In this document: positions 1 to 11,628 of the stretch, in pieces
Numbering within the stretch: the first letter of the stretch is position 1
How the letters are laid out: each line of letters opens with the position of its first letter
Source of the DNA: an uncultured delta proteobacterium
GTDB lineage: Bacteria > Desulfobacterota > Syntrophobacteria > Syntrophobacterales > Syntrophobacteraceae
DNA: 64,000 nt
Direction of reading: 5' to 3'
NCBI GenBank assembly: GCA_963808625.1
Contig: CAWEHK010000010.1
Span: forward strand, 1 to 64,000
Program-made: the position numbers and the translations under genes
The notes under the pieces: generated by a model
The model's input: the letters and a program-made list of their open reading frames with translations, nothing else
The model's database searches: none
Told to the model about the DNA's origin: nothing

Positions 1-673
1 CACCAAGGAACTGCTCAACCAGGTCCACCAAAATACGAAGTTTGACCTACTGGTTCCCACGCCCATGCAACCTGATCTTCGCAAGCAGCTCGCCATCATC
101 CCTCCCGAACGCTTCATGCGCCGTTGGGCGGGCTTTGCCACAACAAAACTGCCCTTCCAGATCACCAACGCACAAACCAATCCCTTCTTCCAGTTCGTTC
201 AGCGATCGGGTGAACAAGCAAGCGATTGGACTTTCAAGGCGTTTCTTGCCACCGCCGACTATGATGAAGTTGATGCTCTTACCCTTGACTATCCCAAACG
301 ATGGCACATTGAAGAATTTTTTAATGCCAATCAAGCTCTAGGGAATCGGGCTGGTACACAAAACCTCAATATCCGCTACGGTCATATGACCATGGCGCTC
401 ATCGCCCAGACGGTCATCCACCAGCTTCGCTCACAACTCGGTGAACCTGTATCTACCTGGGAGGCCAGCCACCTCGCACATGATCTCTTCCTCGGCCTCG
501 ACGGGGACGTTCGGGTTTCGGATAATACCATCATTGTCACCTACTACAACGCTCCCAACGTAGAGCAGCTTCGCGAACACTACCAGCACCTTCCAGAAAA
601 GCTACGCGCAGAACATGTTGACCCTCGCATCCCCTGGCTTTACGGCTACGAGCTCGACTTCCGCTTCCGATAG
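1..673 (+). mobile_element. Transposase, C-terminal part (DDE-type; 5' end outside the window)
   Basis: ORF 65-673 contains YPKRWHIEEFF, a Y-x2-R-W-x-I-E motif typical of IS4-superfamily transposases. Confidence 0.7.
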
Positions 674-739
674 CTCTCCTGACTCTATTCTTCCTCCGCT
701 AACGCGAGTCACGTAAACTCGCCGCTAAAAAGCACTGCC

Positions 740-1216
740 TTAGTGGGAAGGTAAGCGTTGTCTTCGTACAGTGGAGCAAGAAGAACTGGCACGCTTTCCT
801 GTGTACCGAAGCCGGCATGGAGATCGCGGAGATTCTCGACTATTACTCTCGACGCTGGGTAATAGAGGTCTATTTCAAAGACTGCAAACAGATGCTGGGG
901 TTAGGTAAAGGCCAAAGTGAAACGTTTGATGCCGTCGTGGCTTGGGCATCCATTGTCATGGTCCGGTATTTGATTCTTATCCATATCCTGGTCAAAAGGC
1001 AGGTTTTGGCCCCTCGGTCCTCTATTTCAGGAACTTGCTCAGGAGCATCTCCAACTGGCTCTGATCCAATCCTTTTAGACCCGTATTCGCCAGGTTTTCA
1101 TGCTGTCAAGTCAACTATTTTCTTCCAGCTTTAACTCAAATGAGTTTCTCCATATGCTTGATGTGATTGAGAATTCGTTTAATGACTTCCAACTGGAAGG
1201 GTGTGCGAAACTTTAG
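740..1216 (+). mobile_element. IS4/IS701-like transposase fragment (pseudogene) with a possible right end GTGCGAAACTTTAG
   Basis: YSRRWVIEVYFKDCKQMLGLG motif; no N-terminus; frameshifted C-terminus. Confidence 0.7.
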
Positions 1217-1673
1217 CGATTATATATGGGATCGAATAGTGGAGCTCTGGCCACGTTTGGAAGCCCTATACCGCCCAACAACATTAGTCCTGAACCAGGA
1301 TAATGGTCCCGAATGCCAGAGCGGGCGGACACAATTAATTAAAAGAGCCGTAGATTTCGCAAATGAGCACGGAGTCAAAATCCAGCTTGCCTACTATCCT
1401 CCTTACCATAGCAAGTACAACCCTGTCGAACGGACACACGGTGTGCTCGAACAACATTGGAATGGCATGCTACTAACAGATGTAGAAACCACCATAAGAA
1501 TCGCGGAAAATATGAAATGGAAAGGCAAACATCCCGTCGTCACGCTTGTCAAAAAGGTCTATGAGAAGGGGGTGAAACTGACGAAGAAGGCAATGGCAGC
1601 TTATGAGGCAATGATCAGAAGACTTCCAGGATTGGAGAAATGGTTCGTGGAGATCAATCCGTGCAATGCATAA
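1217..1673 (+). mobile_element. ISAzo13-like transposase, C-terminal fragment
   Basis: DNGPE...IQLAYYPPYHSKYNPVER...LEQHWNG...YEKGVKL motifs. Confidence 0.8.
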
Positions 1674-1679
1674 GTCTGG

Positions 1680-2632
1680 ATGTCTTTTTATTGCCACTGG
1701 CCTAACAGTCGTCTCCCTCTTGCCTTGCGTTTTGCCACCATTGAGATCAGCGACATCGATCTCGCTCGTGAAGTGGTTGAACAGGCCATCAACAACCTGG
1801 CAGCTCATGCGACAATCGCCTCCCTGGCGGTGGATCGTGGATTTACCGACGGCAAGTTCTTGTGGTGGCTGCAACCATGCACATCATTTTCTATATCCCG
1901 GCCAAAACCAACATGCACGTTTACACCGATGCCCTCTCGCTGATTGATAACGGCATCCGAGAAACCAGGGATAAGACCCGCTCGGTTGGAAGTGGAAAGA
2001 ATAAGACCACGGTCGTGGATCACTGGGACATTGTGGGAATCGAGCAACTCACCTCGGCGGGATTCTACGGAGAGCTCGGCAGCGGCAGTCACGAAGATCG
2101 CAAAGACTTCACGGCCAATCCCATCAATGCCGTTGTGGTTCTTGACGATCCTTACAAACGCAACCACCCCGACTCCGATACTTTCGTCATCCTCACCAAT
2201 GGTCCTGTCACCAAACCCTTCATGGTCTATGATGGCTATGATGCCCGCAGTGAAATCGAAAATGGGCTCTTCCGGGAGGCAAAGCAGGGATGGTTCATTC
2301 AGAGGTCGCCTCGAAACAATGCCGATTCTTTTCGATCCCATGTCTACCTCACGCTTGTGATGATGGCCCTCACCGTTGCCTTCCAAACGTGGATGGATCG
2401 ACAGGATGAACTCGCACAAAAAGGGCAGGAAACGGGAATCCGCAAGTTCCGTGAGAAAGTCAGACAGGAAAACGGCAACAAACTCATCGTCTTCGACGAG
2501 GACCGCTACGCCATCTTTGACACCTATGAGGTCTTCATTCTTTGCGGAACCAATGTGCGCAAGCCAACCGGCGTTGCTGAACTGATCACCAAATCAGACA
2601 TCCTGCGCAAATATCGGGTGCTGATCGAGTAA
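1680..2632 (+). mobile_element. DDE transposase fragment, frameshifted near 1875
   Basis: LAVDRGFTDG (DRGF) and YDARSEIENGLFREAKQGW motifs. Confidence 0.7.
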
Positions 2633-2879
2633 CTTCACACCCTTGCCGCATTGAGACACCCATCCGTTGGCACCCACCTCGCTTCTCCCACGACAGGTGC
2701 GCCACCAGTTTCTGCTCGGTCTCTCATCTTCCGCCCAAACATCCCTTACTCTGGTCTTTCAGCATTCCCATTTGGGTGCGTCCCTCATTCTTGATCGCTC
2801 TTGAACCCCTACCTCGCACTCACACGGGGCATCCTGACGTTCCTCCTCTCCTCAGCTCACCTTATGTCGAATATCCAGC

Positions 2880-3235
2880 GGAATTCGCATCGTTTGCAGT
2901 GAATGGGCCCGGCGACGACAATGTAACACTCCGCCACCATTTCGAACTACCCAATCTGGCAGGCAAAGACCTTGGCAAGGAAATGTATCGTAAGGTGCCG
3001 TGGGCGACTTCACGCAAGATACGGAATATGGTTCTATCAGGGGATCTCGTCAACGCCGGGCGATCTGGAGCTGCATCGCGTGGCGGCGTTCAGCACCGAT
3101 TATTCCAGCGGGGTGATTTACAGCCCTCCGCGCGACCTTGAATACATCCGAGCCGGCGGCTGGCCTTCCCTCTCCCTTTTGCCCACGGACCAGATCTGGC
3201 TCGCGCCCTTGTTGAACAGATCGCAAAGTGGCATT
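2880..3235 (+). pseudogene. N-terminal remnant of a protein resembling the kinase-like partners of radical SAM/SPASM cassettes
   Basis: Joined frames read HHFELPNLAGKDLGKEMYRKVPW...LHRVAAFSTD...SLSLLPTDQIWLAPLL and stop before any P-loop; family recalled from memory, not searched. Confidence 0.4.
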
Positions 3236-3653
3236 GCTCCGTCACGGGTGTGATCACCTTTTCCATTGCGGCGCCGGCGCGAACAGCTTCACGGTCAGTT
3301 ACGACGGCCGGTTCCGGCTCTGCTCTTCGCTTTGGGCCGCAGGGACCACCTACGATCTTAGCGCGGGGACGCTCGTCGACGCTTGGCAGCATCATGTCGC
3401 ACGCGTGCGGGAGATGCGCTCTCAGCGCCGGGAGTTTCTCGAATCGTGCCGCAGGTGTGCCCTGATGAACCTTTGCTTCTGGTGCCCCGCGCATGCCCAT
3501 CTCGAGACCGGCATGGTCGACGGCTGGTCCGAATACTTCTGCCGGGTCGCCCACGCCCGGTCAAGCCTGATCAAAGATGGCATGCCTGGATCTCCCTCGG
3601 GCCTTTCGTGCACTCGTTTAAACCCCTCCATCCAGCCGGCTGACGACATTTAA
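3228..3653 (+). pseudogene. SPASM domain (C-terminus of a radical SAM protein); catalytic core missing
   Basis: LFHCGAGANSFTVSYDGRFRLC...CRRCALMNLCFWCPAHAHLETG...YFC; no CxxxCxxC core upstream. Confidence 0.8.
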
Positions 3654-3819
3654 ATGGCCTTTTCCCGGTTTGACCGCGGGGGCGATCCTCGCATCAATTC
3701 GCAAGCGTTCTGCAGAGCCCACCTTTTCCGTCGGCTTCGAGGCTTGAAACACCTGTCGACCTGCACCACGATGCTTATGGTAATTTCTTGTGCGTGAGAT
3801 ACAGATAGGCCAATTTTGC

Positions 3820-3848
3820 TTGACAGTGCCGCTTCGTCCTATGAAAAT
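3820..3848 (+). promoter_or_regulatory. Putative sigma70 promoter
   Basis: TTGACA-17 nt-GAAAAT. Confidence 0.4.
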
Positions 3849-4040
3849 GCGGCGTTGTTCCTGCCTGTGACGTAAGGGAAGTGCTCACGAGTAAGCTCTC
3901 GCTTTAGGCTCAGCACCACACCAGATGAAGTTGGAATGTTCTGGTGAGCCACTGCAGGCCAGTCTGACAGCAATGGATTACGTTTGGGGGAAAACGTGTA
4001 GTTTATTTATCATCACACCATGTTTGGGAGGAGGAGCGCA

Positions 4041-5290
4041 ATGCTAAGAGAGAGATCGAAGAATAGAGCTTTTTCTGGTTTGTGTGTAGTGGGCTTTCTG
4101 ATTCTACTTGCAGGGCTGGCCCTCACAGAGCAGGCGCTCGCTCAGCAGGTGCTGTACCGGGAAATCTTTCCGGCTGCCGGTGCGGCAAGGTATCAGAACG
4201 CCATTGACGCAGGATGGTTTGCCGAGCGCAAGGGCGGCGTCTCCACGAACGAACTGTCGATTTTTACCACGACCCTGCCCCCCTCGACCGCCGGCGTCAA
4301 TTCATGCTCCAATACATCAGCTCCGGACAGTAATCTGTTCTGGTCCCCCAAGACTCATGACATCCTGCTCTACACAACGGAACTGAACGTGCCTGTCGCG
4401 AATATCACCTCGATCAGTTGGGACAGCAAGAACAGTTTCGATTGCAGCAGTTGCAGCTGCAATGGTTCTTCGCAGCCCGATCAGGCATGTCGCAACAAGA
4501 GCAAGATGCGCACGGCCATTCTAATCGGCGGCACCTGGTACGTTTCCGATGACTACTTCACGACCCAGACAACGGACATGACCTATGACGGTGGCAATAA
4601 CCGGTGGAATTCCAACGTGTGGGAAACCCACCTCTATCAGTTGGCGGGAAAAACCTATGGAATTTATGATATTGCTATTCCCAGCGCCGGCCGCATCCGA
4701 GATCCGGGACAAACGCTGCCGACCAGCGGCATCGTCGCGGGTTTCGGGCTCTTTCTTGACGGCGATATCGCCGGTACGATCCGGATCGACAACTACACCA
4801 TCCTCGGTTTTTGGTACAACCTGAGCGGGCCCTGTGCCCCGCCGGCAAATCCTGCTCTCAAGGTAACAAAGGGGGCCTCCTTATCGCCAAGTGGACCTTT
4901 TGAGCCTTTCCTGAGTGTCATACAGGGCTCGACCGTTTACTATCAAATCATCGTCTCCAATGTGGGCGATGTTGATCTCCAAAATGTCAGCCTGAACGAC
5001 AGCGTATCTGGTCCTTTCCCTTGCGGGGGCGCGTCTTCTCTCTGCCTGCGCCCGAGTCTGAGCCTTATACCTGCATCTATTTTGCGGAGATCAACTCGAA
5101 GATAACAAACGTCGCAACCGCCACGGGATATTACCGGGAAACGGAAGTTTCACAATCTGCCAGTGCCACGGTTCAAATGACAGCACCTGTCCCCACCATG
5201 ACCGGCCTGGGTATGCTGTTCTTCGTACTGCTTTTATCAGGATCAGTTGTCTGGTTCATGAGATGGAACAAAGCAGCCCAGGGTAGATGA
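4041..5290 (+). CDS. Exported protein: signal peptide, DUF11-like Ig domain, IPTL-CTERM-like C-terminal anchor (frameshift near 5030)
   Basis: RBS AGGAGG; hydrophobic leader ending ALA/QQ; LKVTK...VYYQIIVSNVGDVDLQNVSLND; tail VPTMTGLGMLFFVLLLSGSVVWFMRWNK. Confidence 0.7.
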
Positions 5291-5513
5291 TAGTCCAGTT
5301 TAGACGGCTGAGAATTTTTCAGCTTGGAAGTTAATGGCAAAATGGCGATAGACCTCAGGGGCTTCGGGGACGGAGCCCCGGAGATAAGATCCGTGATCCT
5401 CTGAGCTTTCCATGTTGCTCCCACCCGGAGATTTCCTCCCAATTGCCAGTTTCGGTGGACATCGAAAGACGTTCCCCCCACGTCAGATAGATCCCTGCGA
5501 GGAACAGCGTATC

Positions 5514-5546
5514 GTAGGGTGGGCACAGCGCTTTATCGTGCCCACG
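5514..5546. repeat. GTAG-type REP-like palindrome
   Basis: GTAGGGTGGGCAC-agcgctttatc-GTGCCCAC. Confidence 0.6.
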
Positions 5547-5695
5547 AGGATTGGATGAGAGTTGCTGCCGCGTTGGTCTAGACTCCATAAACCATGGGAA
5601 TTGGGTCAGCCGGGATCGCTCCGCACCCAATATCTTGATTTTTCAGTTGCTCCGCATTCAGCAAACATGTTAAACAACCCTGATTTAATCAAATC

Positions 5696-5768
5696 GCACA
5701 CCCCTTGGACCTTTTGGTGTCCGGTCGCTTGTCAAAACCGGCATGAAACGGGGGTGGAGGCTAAAACC
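5696..5768 (+). promoter_or_regulatory. Probable rpsB (S2) autoregulatory leader
   Basis: CACACCCC...GGGGGTGGAGGCTAAAACC hairpin directly upstream of rpsB. Confidence 0.5.
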
Positions 5769-5783
5769 AGAAGGAGGAATACG

Positions 5784-6596
5784 ATGGCAATTGTCGGAAT
5801 GAAACAACTGTTGGAAGCCGGGGTCCATTTCGGGCATCAGACCCGCCGCTGGAATCCCAAGATGAAGCCGTTCATTTTTGGCGCTCGCAACGGCATTTAC
5901 ATCATCGACCTGCAGCGCACGGTCAGGCTTTTCCATGGGGCCTACCAGTTCGTCACCGAAGCGGCCGCCGCGGGCGAAAGCGTCCTCTTCGTCGGCACCA
6001 AACAGCAGGCCCGGGACACCATCCAGGAAGAAGCGCAACGGTGCGGCATGTACTATGTCAATCAGCGCTGGCTTGGCGGGATGCTCACCAATTTCAAAAC
6101 CATCAAGTTAAGAATCGACCGCCTGAAGGAACTGGATGCGATGGTCGAGGATGGCAGCATCAACCGTTTCCCCAAGAAGGAAATCCTCCAGCTGCAGAAC
6201 GAACGAGAAAAACTGGAAAGGAATCTGGGCGGCATCAAGGACATGACCCGGTTGCCGGGAGCGCTTTTTGTGGTGGACACGAACCGGGAAAATATTTCGG
6301 TTCTGGAAGCCAACCGACTCGGCATTCCCGTGGTGGCAGTTGTTGATACCAATTGCGATCCCGATGTGATCGACTATCCCATTCCTGGAAATGACGACGC
6401 CATCCGGGCCATTCGCCTGGTCACCTCGAAAATTGCCGATGCCTGCGTCGAAGGACGGCAGCGCTACGCAGAAAGCCAGCAGGCCTTTGTGGACAAGGAG
6501 CTTCCTTCCTATGAAGAGGTCCCGGCGGGACAAATCCTGAGTGAGGAAGAAAGCGGGCCGGAAGTGGAGATCGTGAATCCCCTGCCCGAAACCTGA
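5784..6596 (+). CDS. rpsB: 30S ribosomal protein S2
   Basis: [32 protein letters not shown]. Confidence 0.98.
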   Translation: MAIVGMKQLLEAGVHFGHQTRRWNPKMKPFIFGARNGIYIIDLQRTVRLFHGAYQFVTEAAAAGESVLFVGTKQQARDTIQEEAQRCGMYYVNQRWLGGMLTNFKTIKLRIDRLKELDAMVEDGSINRFPKKEILQLQNEREKLERNLGGIKDMTRLPGALFVVDTNRENISVLEANRLGIPVVAVVDTNCDPDVIDYPIPGNDDAIRAIRLVTSKIADACVEGRQRYAESQQAFVDKELPSYEEVPAGQILSEEESGPEVEIVNPLPET

Positions 6597-6859
6597 AACG
6601 GAAGCTGAGTGAGTGATGGTTGCTCATTGAAGGGATGAACAGAGGCTTGCCCGGCCTTCTCGCTGCAAAGAACCTGTCAGATTCAAAGCCGACACGATGC
6701 CGCGCAGGCTTCTGGAAAGTCTTCTCCTGGTAAGGGGAAGGCCGTAAGCGGCGGGTTGGAAAACCCGCCCTCCGCTGGAGTCTTCCCCAGGCGCGAGGAA
6801 GACTGCGCGGATCATAAGGCATCTGTCACTAAAGATCCACCTTAGGAAGGAGAAGTGCT

Positions 6860-7453
6860 TTGGAAATAACCGCTGGAATGGTCAAGGATTTAAGAGATAA
6901 GACGAACGCTGGAATGATGGACTGCAAGAAGGCCCTTCAGGAGAACGCAGGGGACATGGAAAAGGCCGTCGATTTCCTCCGCCAAAAAGGGCTGGCCAAA
7001 GCCATGAAACGCTCGGGCAGAGAAGCTTCCGAGGGGATGATCCATGCCTACATCCACGGCGGCGGACGCATCGGGGTCCTGGTGGAAGTAAACTGTGAAA
7101 CCGACTTTGCGGCAAAAAGCGAGGATTTTCTGGAGTTCACAAAAAATATTGCGATGCAGATTGCTGCGGCCAATCCCCTGGCGATCCAGCAGGAGGACAT
7201 CCCGGAAGACGTCATTCAGCGGGAACGAGCCATTTATATGGCTCAGGCCAAAGAAACCGGAAAGCCCGAAAATATTCTGGAAAAGATGGTGGACGGCAAG
7301 ATGCGCAAATACTATGAAGAGTGCGTCCTCCTGCAGCAGACTTACGTCAAAGATCCGGACAAAACCATTCAGGATTATCTGAACGAACTGGTCGCGAAGA
7401 TCGGAGAAAAGATCATCATTCGCCGGTTCGCCCGGTACCAGCTCGGCGAATAG
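6860..7453 (+). CDS. tsf: Elongation factor Ts (short form)
   Basis: VKDLRDKTNAGMMDCKKAL; EVNCETDF. Confidence 0.97.
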   Translation: MEITAGMVKDLRDKTNAGMMDCKKALQENAGDMEKAVDFLRQKGLAKAMKRSGREASEGMIHAYIHGGGRIGVLVEVNCETDFAAKSEDFLEFTKNIAMQIAAANPLAIQQEDIPEDVIQRERAIYMAQAKETGKPENILEKMVDGKMRKYYEECVLLQQTYVKDPDKTIQDYLNELVAKIGEKIIIRRFARYQLGE

Positions 7454-7528
7454 GATTTTAGATCAGGGAAAGAGAAGGAGTGGGCTATGCCCACCTTCTG
7501 GTTCCCATGTCCGGAACGGATGCCAGCA

Positions 7529-8269
7529 ATGAGCCAGACCGAACACCCTCTGTATCGTCGGATTCTCCTCAAATTGAGCGGTGAAGCGCTGATGGGGAAG
7601 GAGTCGTACGGGATTGACACCCTTGTTCTCCGACAAATAGCGGAGGAAATTCGCGAGATCCATGGGTTGGGTGTTGAGATTGCCCTGGTGATCGGTGGCG
7701 GAAACATCTTTCGCGGGATTTCCGGGGCTTCCCAGGGCATGGATCGCTCCACTGCCGACTATATCGGGATGCTGGCCACGGTGATGAATGCCCTGGCTCT
7801 GCAGCAGGCCCTGGAGAAACTCGGAATCCCCACCCGCGTGCAGTCGGCAATCGACATCACCGAGGTGGCGGAACCCTATATCCGGCGCCGGGCGATTCGC
7901 CACCTGGAAAAGGGCAGAATCGTCATCTTTGCTGCCGGAACCGGACTCCCGTTTTTCACCACCGACACCACCGCCGCTCTGCGGGCCATCGAGATTGGAG
8001 CGGAAATCCTGATGAAAGCCACCAAAGTGGATGGCGTCTATCCGACGGATCCCGAGCAGGACCCTTCTGCCAGTAAATATGACCGGATCACTTACACCGA
8101 AGTCCTGCAGAAGAACCTCAGAGTCATGGACGCCACTGCCATTTCGCTCGCAAGAGAACAGAATATGAGGATTGTGATTTTCAACTTGAGGAACAAGGGC
8201 AATATCAAAAAGGTTATTTTGGGAGAACCAATAGGGACCGTGGTGGAGGGAATCGTTCATGTTGAATGA
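7529..8269 (+). CDS. pyrH: UMP kinase
   Basis: [26 protein letters not shown]. Confidence 0.97.
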   Translation: MSQTEHPLYRRILLKLSGEALMGKESYGIDTLVLRQIAEEIREIHGLGVEIALVIGGGNIFRGISGASQGMDRSTADYIGMLATVMNALALQQALEKLGIPTRVQSAIDITEVAEPYIRRRAIRHLEKGRIVIFAAGTGLPFFTTDTTAALRAIEIGAEILMKATKVDGVYPTDPEQDPSASKYDRITYTEVLQKNLRVMDATAISLAREQNMRIVIFNLRNKGNIKKVILGEPIGTVVEGIVHVE

Positions 8270-8817
8270 TATTTATGCGGACGCCGAAGATCGCATGAAT
8301 AAGGCTCTGGAAAGCCTCGAACGTGATTACAGGAAACTGCGCACAGGAAGGGCATCGGTTTCCCTGGTGGACGGGATCAGAGTGGCATATTACGGCACCT
8401 CGACTCCCCTTAGCCAATTGGCGACGCTTACGATACCTGATCCCCGCACGATCATGATCCAGCCTTGGGATATTTCCATCATCGGCGAGGTTGAAAAAGC
8501 CATCTTGAAATCCGAGCTGGGCCTCACGCCAATGAATGATGGCAAGCTCATCCGGATCAACATTCCTCCCCTGACCACCGAGCGGCGTCGAGAGTTGGTC
8601 AAAGTGGTCAAGAAGATGGCCGAGGAAGCCAAGGTTGCCGTGCGCAATATTCGGCGGGATGCCAATGACATGATCAAAGATCTCAAAAAGGACAAAGAGA
8701 TCTCCGAAGATGAGCAGTTCCGGGCCCAGGAGGAGACTCAAAAGGTCACGGATGATTTCATAAAGAAGGATCGACGCCCTTTACACTCTGAAAGAAAAAG
8801 AGATCCTGGAAATTTGA
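8259..8817 (+). CDS. frr: Ribosome recycling factor (1-nt indel near 8769)
   Basis: [24 protein letters not shown]; corrected end KEKEILEI*. Confidence 0.95.
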
Positions 8818-9586
8818 TGACGCCACCGCTCGATCCGGAGAGACTTCCACGCCATATCGCCGTGATCATGGACGGCAATGGACGCTGGGCCAGAGAGCGC
8901 AACCGCAGTCGCATCTTTGGACACCGTGAGGGAAGCAATTCCGTGCGGGAGATCGTGAGCTGTTGCCGGAGACTGGGGATTCCCTATCTGACGCTTTACG
9001 CCTTCTCCAAAGAGAACTGGCAGCGGCCGGATCGGGAGGTGAAGGCCCTGTGGCGGCTTCTCAAAAGTTTTCTGAAATCTCAGTTGCCGGAGATCATCGA
9101 AAAAGAGATACGATTGCGTCACCTTGGGGACGTGGAAGGCATTCCCAAGGATGTGGCGGAGGAACTCCAGGCGGCGGTGGCGGAAACCGCACACTACGAT
9201 AAACTCACCTGAGTCTGGCCATCAATTACGGGGGAAGGCAGGAGATCACCAGGGCCGCAAGACTGTTTGCGGCTGAGGTTCAGCAGGGCAAATGCGACCT
9301 GCACGAGCTTTCCTCTGAGCGCTTTTCCCAATACTTTTTCACCGCTGAATTCCCTGACCCTGACCTGATGATCCGCACGGGGGGCGAATATCGCCTCAGT
9401 AATTTCCTGCTGTGGCAACTGGCGTACGCGGAGCTTTACATCACCAGGGTGTTGTGGCCTGATTTCAGAGAACCCCAATTTATCGAAGCCTTGTGCGAGT
9501 ACCAGCGAAGAGAACGCCGTTTTGGAAAAACCAGCGAACAGGTTCGCCAAACGAAATCTCGAACAGGCAAGGCTAAGCCCTTATAA
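8817..9586 (+). CDS. uppS: Undecaprenyl diphosphate synthase (frameshift near 9209)
   Basis: [42 protein letters not shown]. Confidence 0.95.
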
Positions 9587-9589
9587 ACA

Positions 9590-10431
9590 ATGTGGAATTG
9601 GCATCAGCTCGACTCACATAAGCAGCGCCTGGTCACCGGGACTGCTTCTCGGAGTGCCGCTGCTCGTCGCCTTGGCTGCCGGTCCCTACTGGATGTTGTG
9701 TCTCCTCGTCGGGCTTGCTGTCCGGAATCGGCCTCTGGGAACTGCAGCGGATGATTTTTCATGAGCCCTTGTCCCGGCCATGGCAGGCGTATTTCATCCT
9801 GGCAGGTTTGCTGTTGCCTCTGGCGGCCTCCTGGGGAGGATTTACAGGACTTCATTGCGCCCTCATCACCATCTTTCTCGCCGCGTTTTCTGGGCCTTCT
9901 GGCTTCCTCGCCGCTGGACCCTGCCGGACTCCCTCGCTGTCGCTCACCTCTGCTTGGGCTGGCTTTACATCCCTTACCTTCTGTCCTATGTATTACTGAT
10001 TGGTCGGCTTCCGGAGGGAAGTTTGTGGGTCCTTTACCTTGTTCTTTGTCAATGCTGCCAATGACATTGCAGCGTTATACAGCGGCCGGCATCTTGGACG
10101 TCATAAATTGTATGAGGCCGTGAGCCCAAAGAAAACGATTGAGGGCGCGCTGGGAGGCTTGTTTGCCAGTGTGTTGGTGGGTATGGTTTATGGGACACTC
10201 TTTTTCAAGGGGATAGAGACGTGGGAAATCCTGCTTCTCAGTGGGGTCCTGGCCTTACTGGGTCAGGGCGGCGATCTCATTGAATCCATGATCAAGCGGA
10301 TGGCCGGGAGGAAGGATTCCAGCGAGCTCCTCCCGGGCCATGGTGGCATTTTGGACCGGCTGGACAGCTTGCTTTTTGTAATTCCGGCAACTTTTTTTTA
10401 TTTGGTGTGGAACACGGCAAGATTACTCTAA
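9590..10431 (+). CDS. cdsA: Phosphatidate cytidylyltransferase (several indels)
   Basis: SPKKTIEG; DLIESMIKR...KDSSELLPGHGGILDRLDS. Confidence 0.9.
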
Positions 10432-10434
10432 ACG

Positions 10435-11606
10435 ATGATGACAAAAAAGGCCCTCAGTATTCTCGGAAGCACCGGCTCCATCGGCGTAAGCACACTCGAT
10501 GTGGTCCGGCAATTTCCGGAGCGATTTGAAGTCGTCGCGCTCGCCGCCGGCCGCAATATCGATCTGCTTTGCGAGCAAATCAAGGTCTTTCGGCCTTCGC
10601 TGGTTTCCGTCCTCGATCAGCACCTCGCCGTGCAGTTGCAGCAGCGCTTCCAGTTACAGAGCCATCAACCGGAGGTGCTCTTCGGCCGGGAAGGGTACGA
10701 GCGTGTAGCCGCCTGCCCGCAATCCCGGATGCTGGTCTCCGCCATGGTGGGGGCTGCGGGGCTCCTGCCTACCCTCGCCGCCATCGAAGCCGGCAAGGAC
10801 CTGGCCCTGGCCAATAAAGAAACGCTGGTGATCGCCGGCGAAATCGTCATGCGGCTCGCAAAGTCCAAAGGCATTCATATCCTCCCAGTGGACAGCGAGC
10901 ACAGCGCTATCTTTCAGGCGCTTCAGGGGAACCATCGCGAAGCTTTGAAGCGCATTCTGCTTACCGCATCGGGGGGACCTTTTTTCGCCAAAACGCCCGA
11001 CGAACTGGCGGCGGTGACGCCCGAGGCAGCCTTGCGCCATCCCAATTGGACCATGGGCAGGAAGATCACCATCGACTCCGCCACCCTCATGAACAAAGGG
11101 TTGGAAGTCATCGAAGCGCACTGGCTCTTTGGCGTCCCGGCGGAGCAGATTGCCATTCATATTCATCCGGAGAGTATTGTCCACTCCATGGTGGAGTATA
11201 TCGACGGGTCGGTCATCGCCCAGATGGGAATTCCGGACATGAAAATTCCCATTGCCTATGCTCTGGCCTACCCGGAACGTCTGCCGGTAGAGGGCCCGCC
11301 CCTGGACCTCTTCCGCCTGCGGAACCTGAACTTTTATCCTCCCGATGAGGAGAAATTCCCGTGCTTGCGCCTTGCCTATGAAGCCTGCCGACGCGGCTCG
11401 ACCCTGCCGGCGGTGCTGAATGCGGCGAATGAGGTTGCGGTGGATGCCTTTTTGGATGGCCGCATCACGTTCCTGGAGATTCCGCAGGTCATCGAAACGG
11501 TCATGAAATCTCATCGGGTTGCCCCTTCGCTGACTCTCGAAGCCATTCTGAAGGCTGACAGTGGGCGCGGCAGGAAGCGCAAAGGCTGACGACGTGTTCA
11601 AACTGA
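10435..11606 (+). CDS. dxr: 1-deoxy-D-xylulose 5-phosphate reductoisomerase (indel near the 3' end)
   Basis: LGSTGSIG; LANKE; LPVDSEHSAI; MNKGLEVIEA. Confidence 0.97.
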
Positions 11607-11628
11607 CTCATAAAACAAGGATCGCATC

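Noticed and set aside
8259..9212. Apparent Frr-UppS fusion ORF
   Set aside because: One extra base near 8769 explains it; the normal frr end and the overlapping uppS ATG are present.
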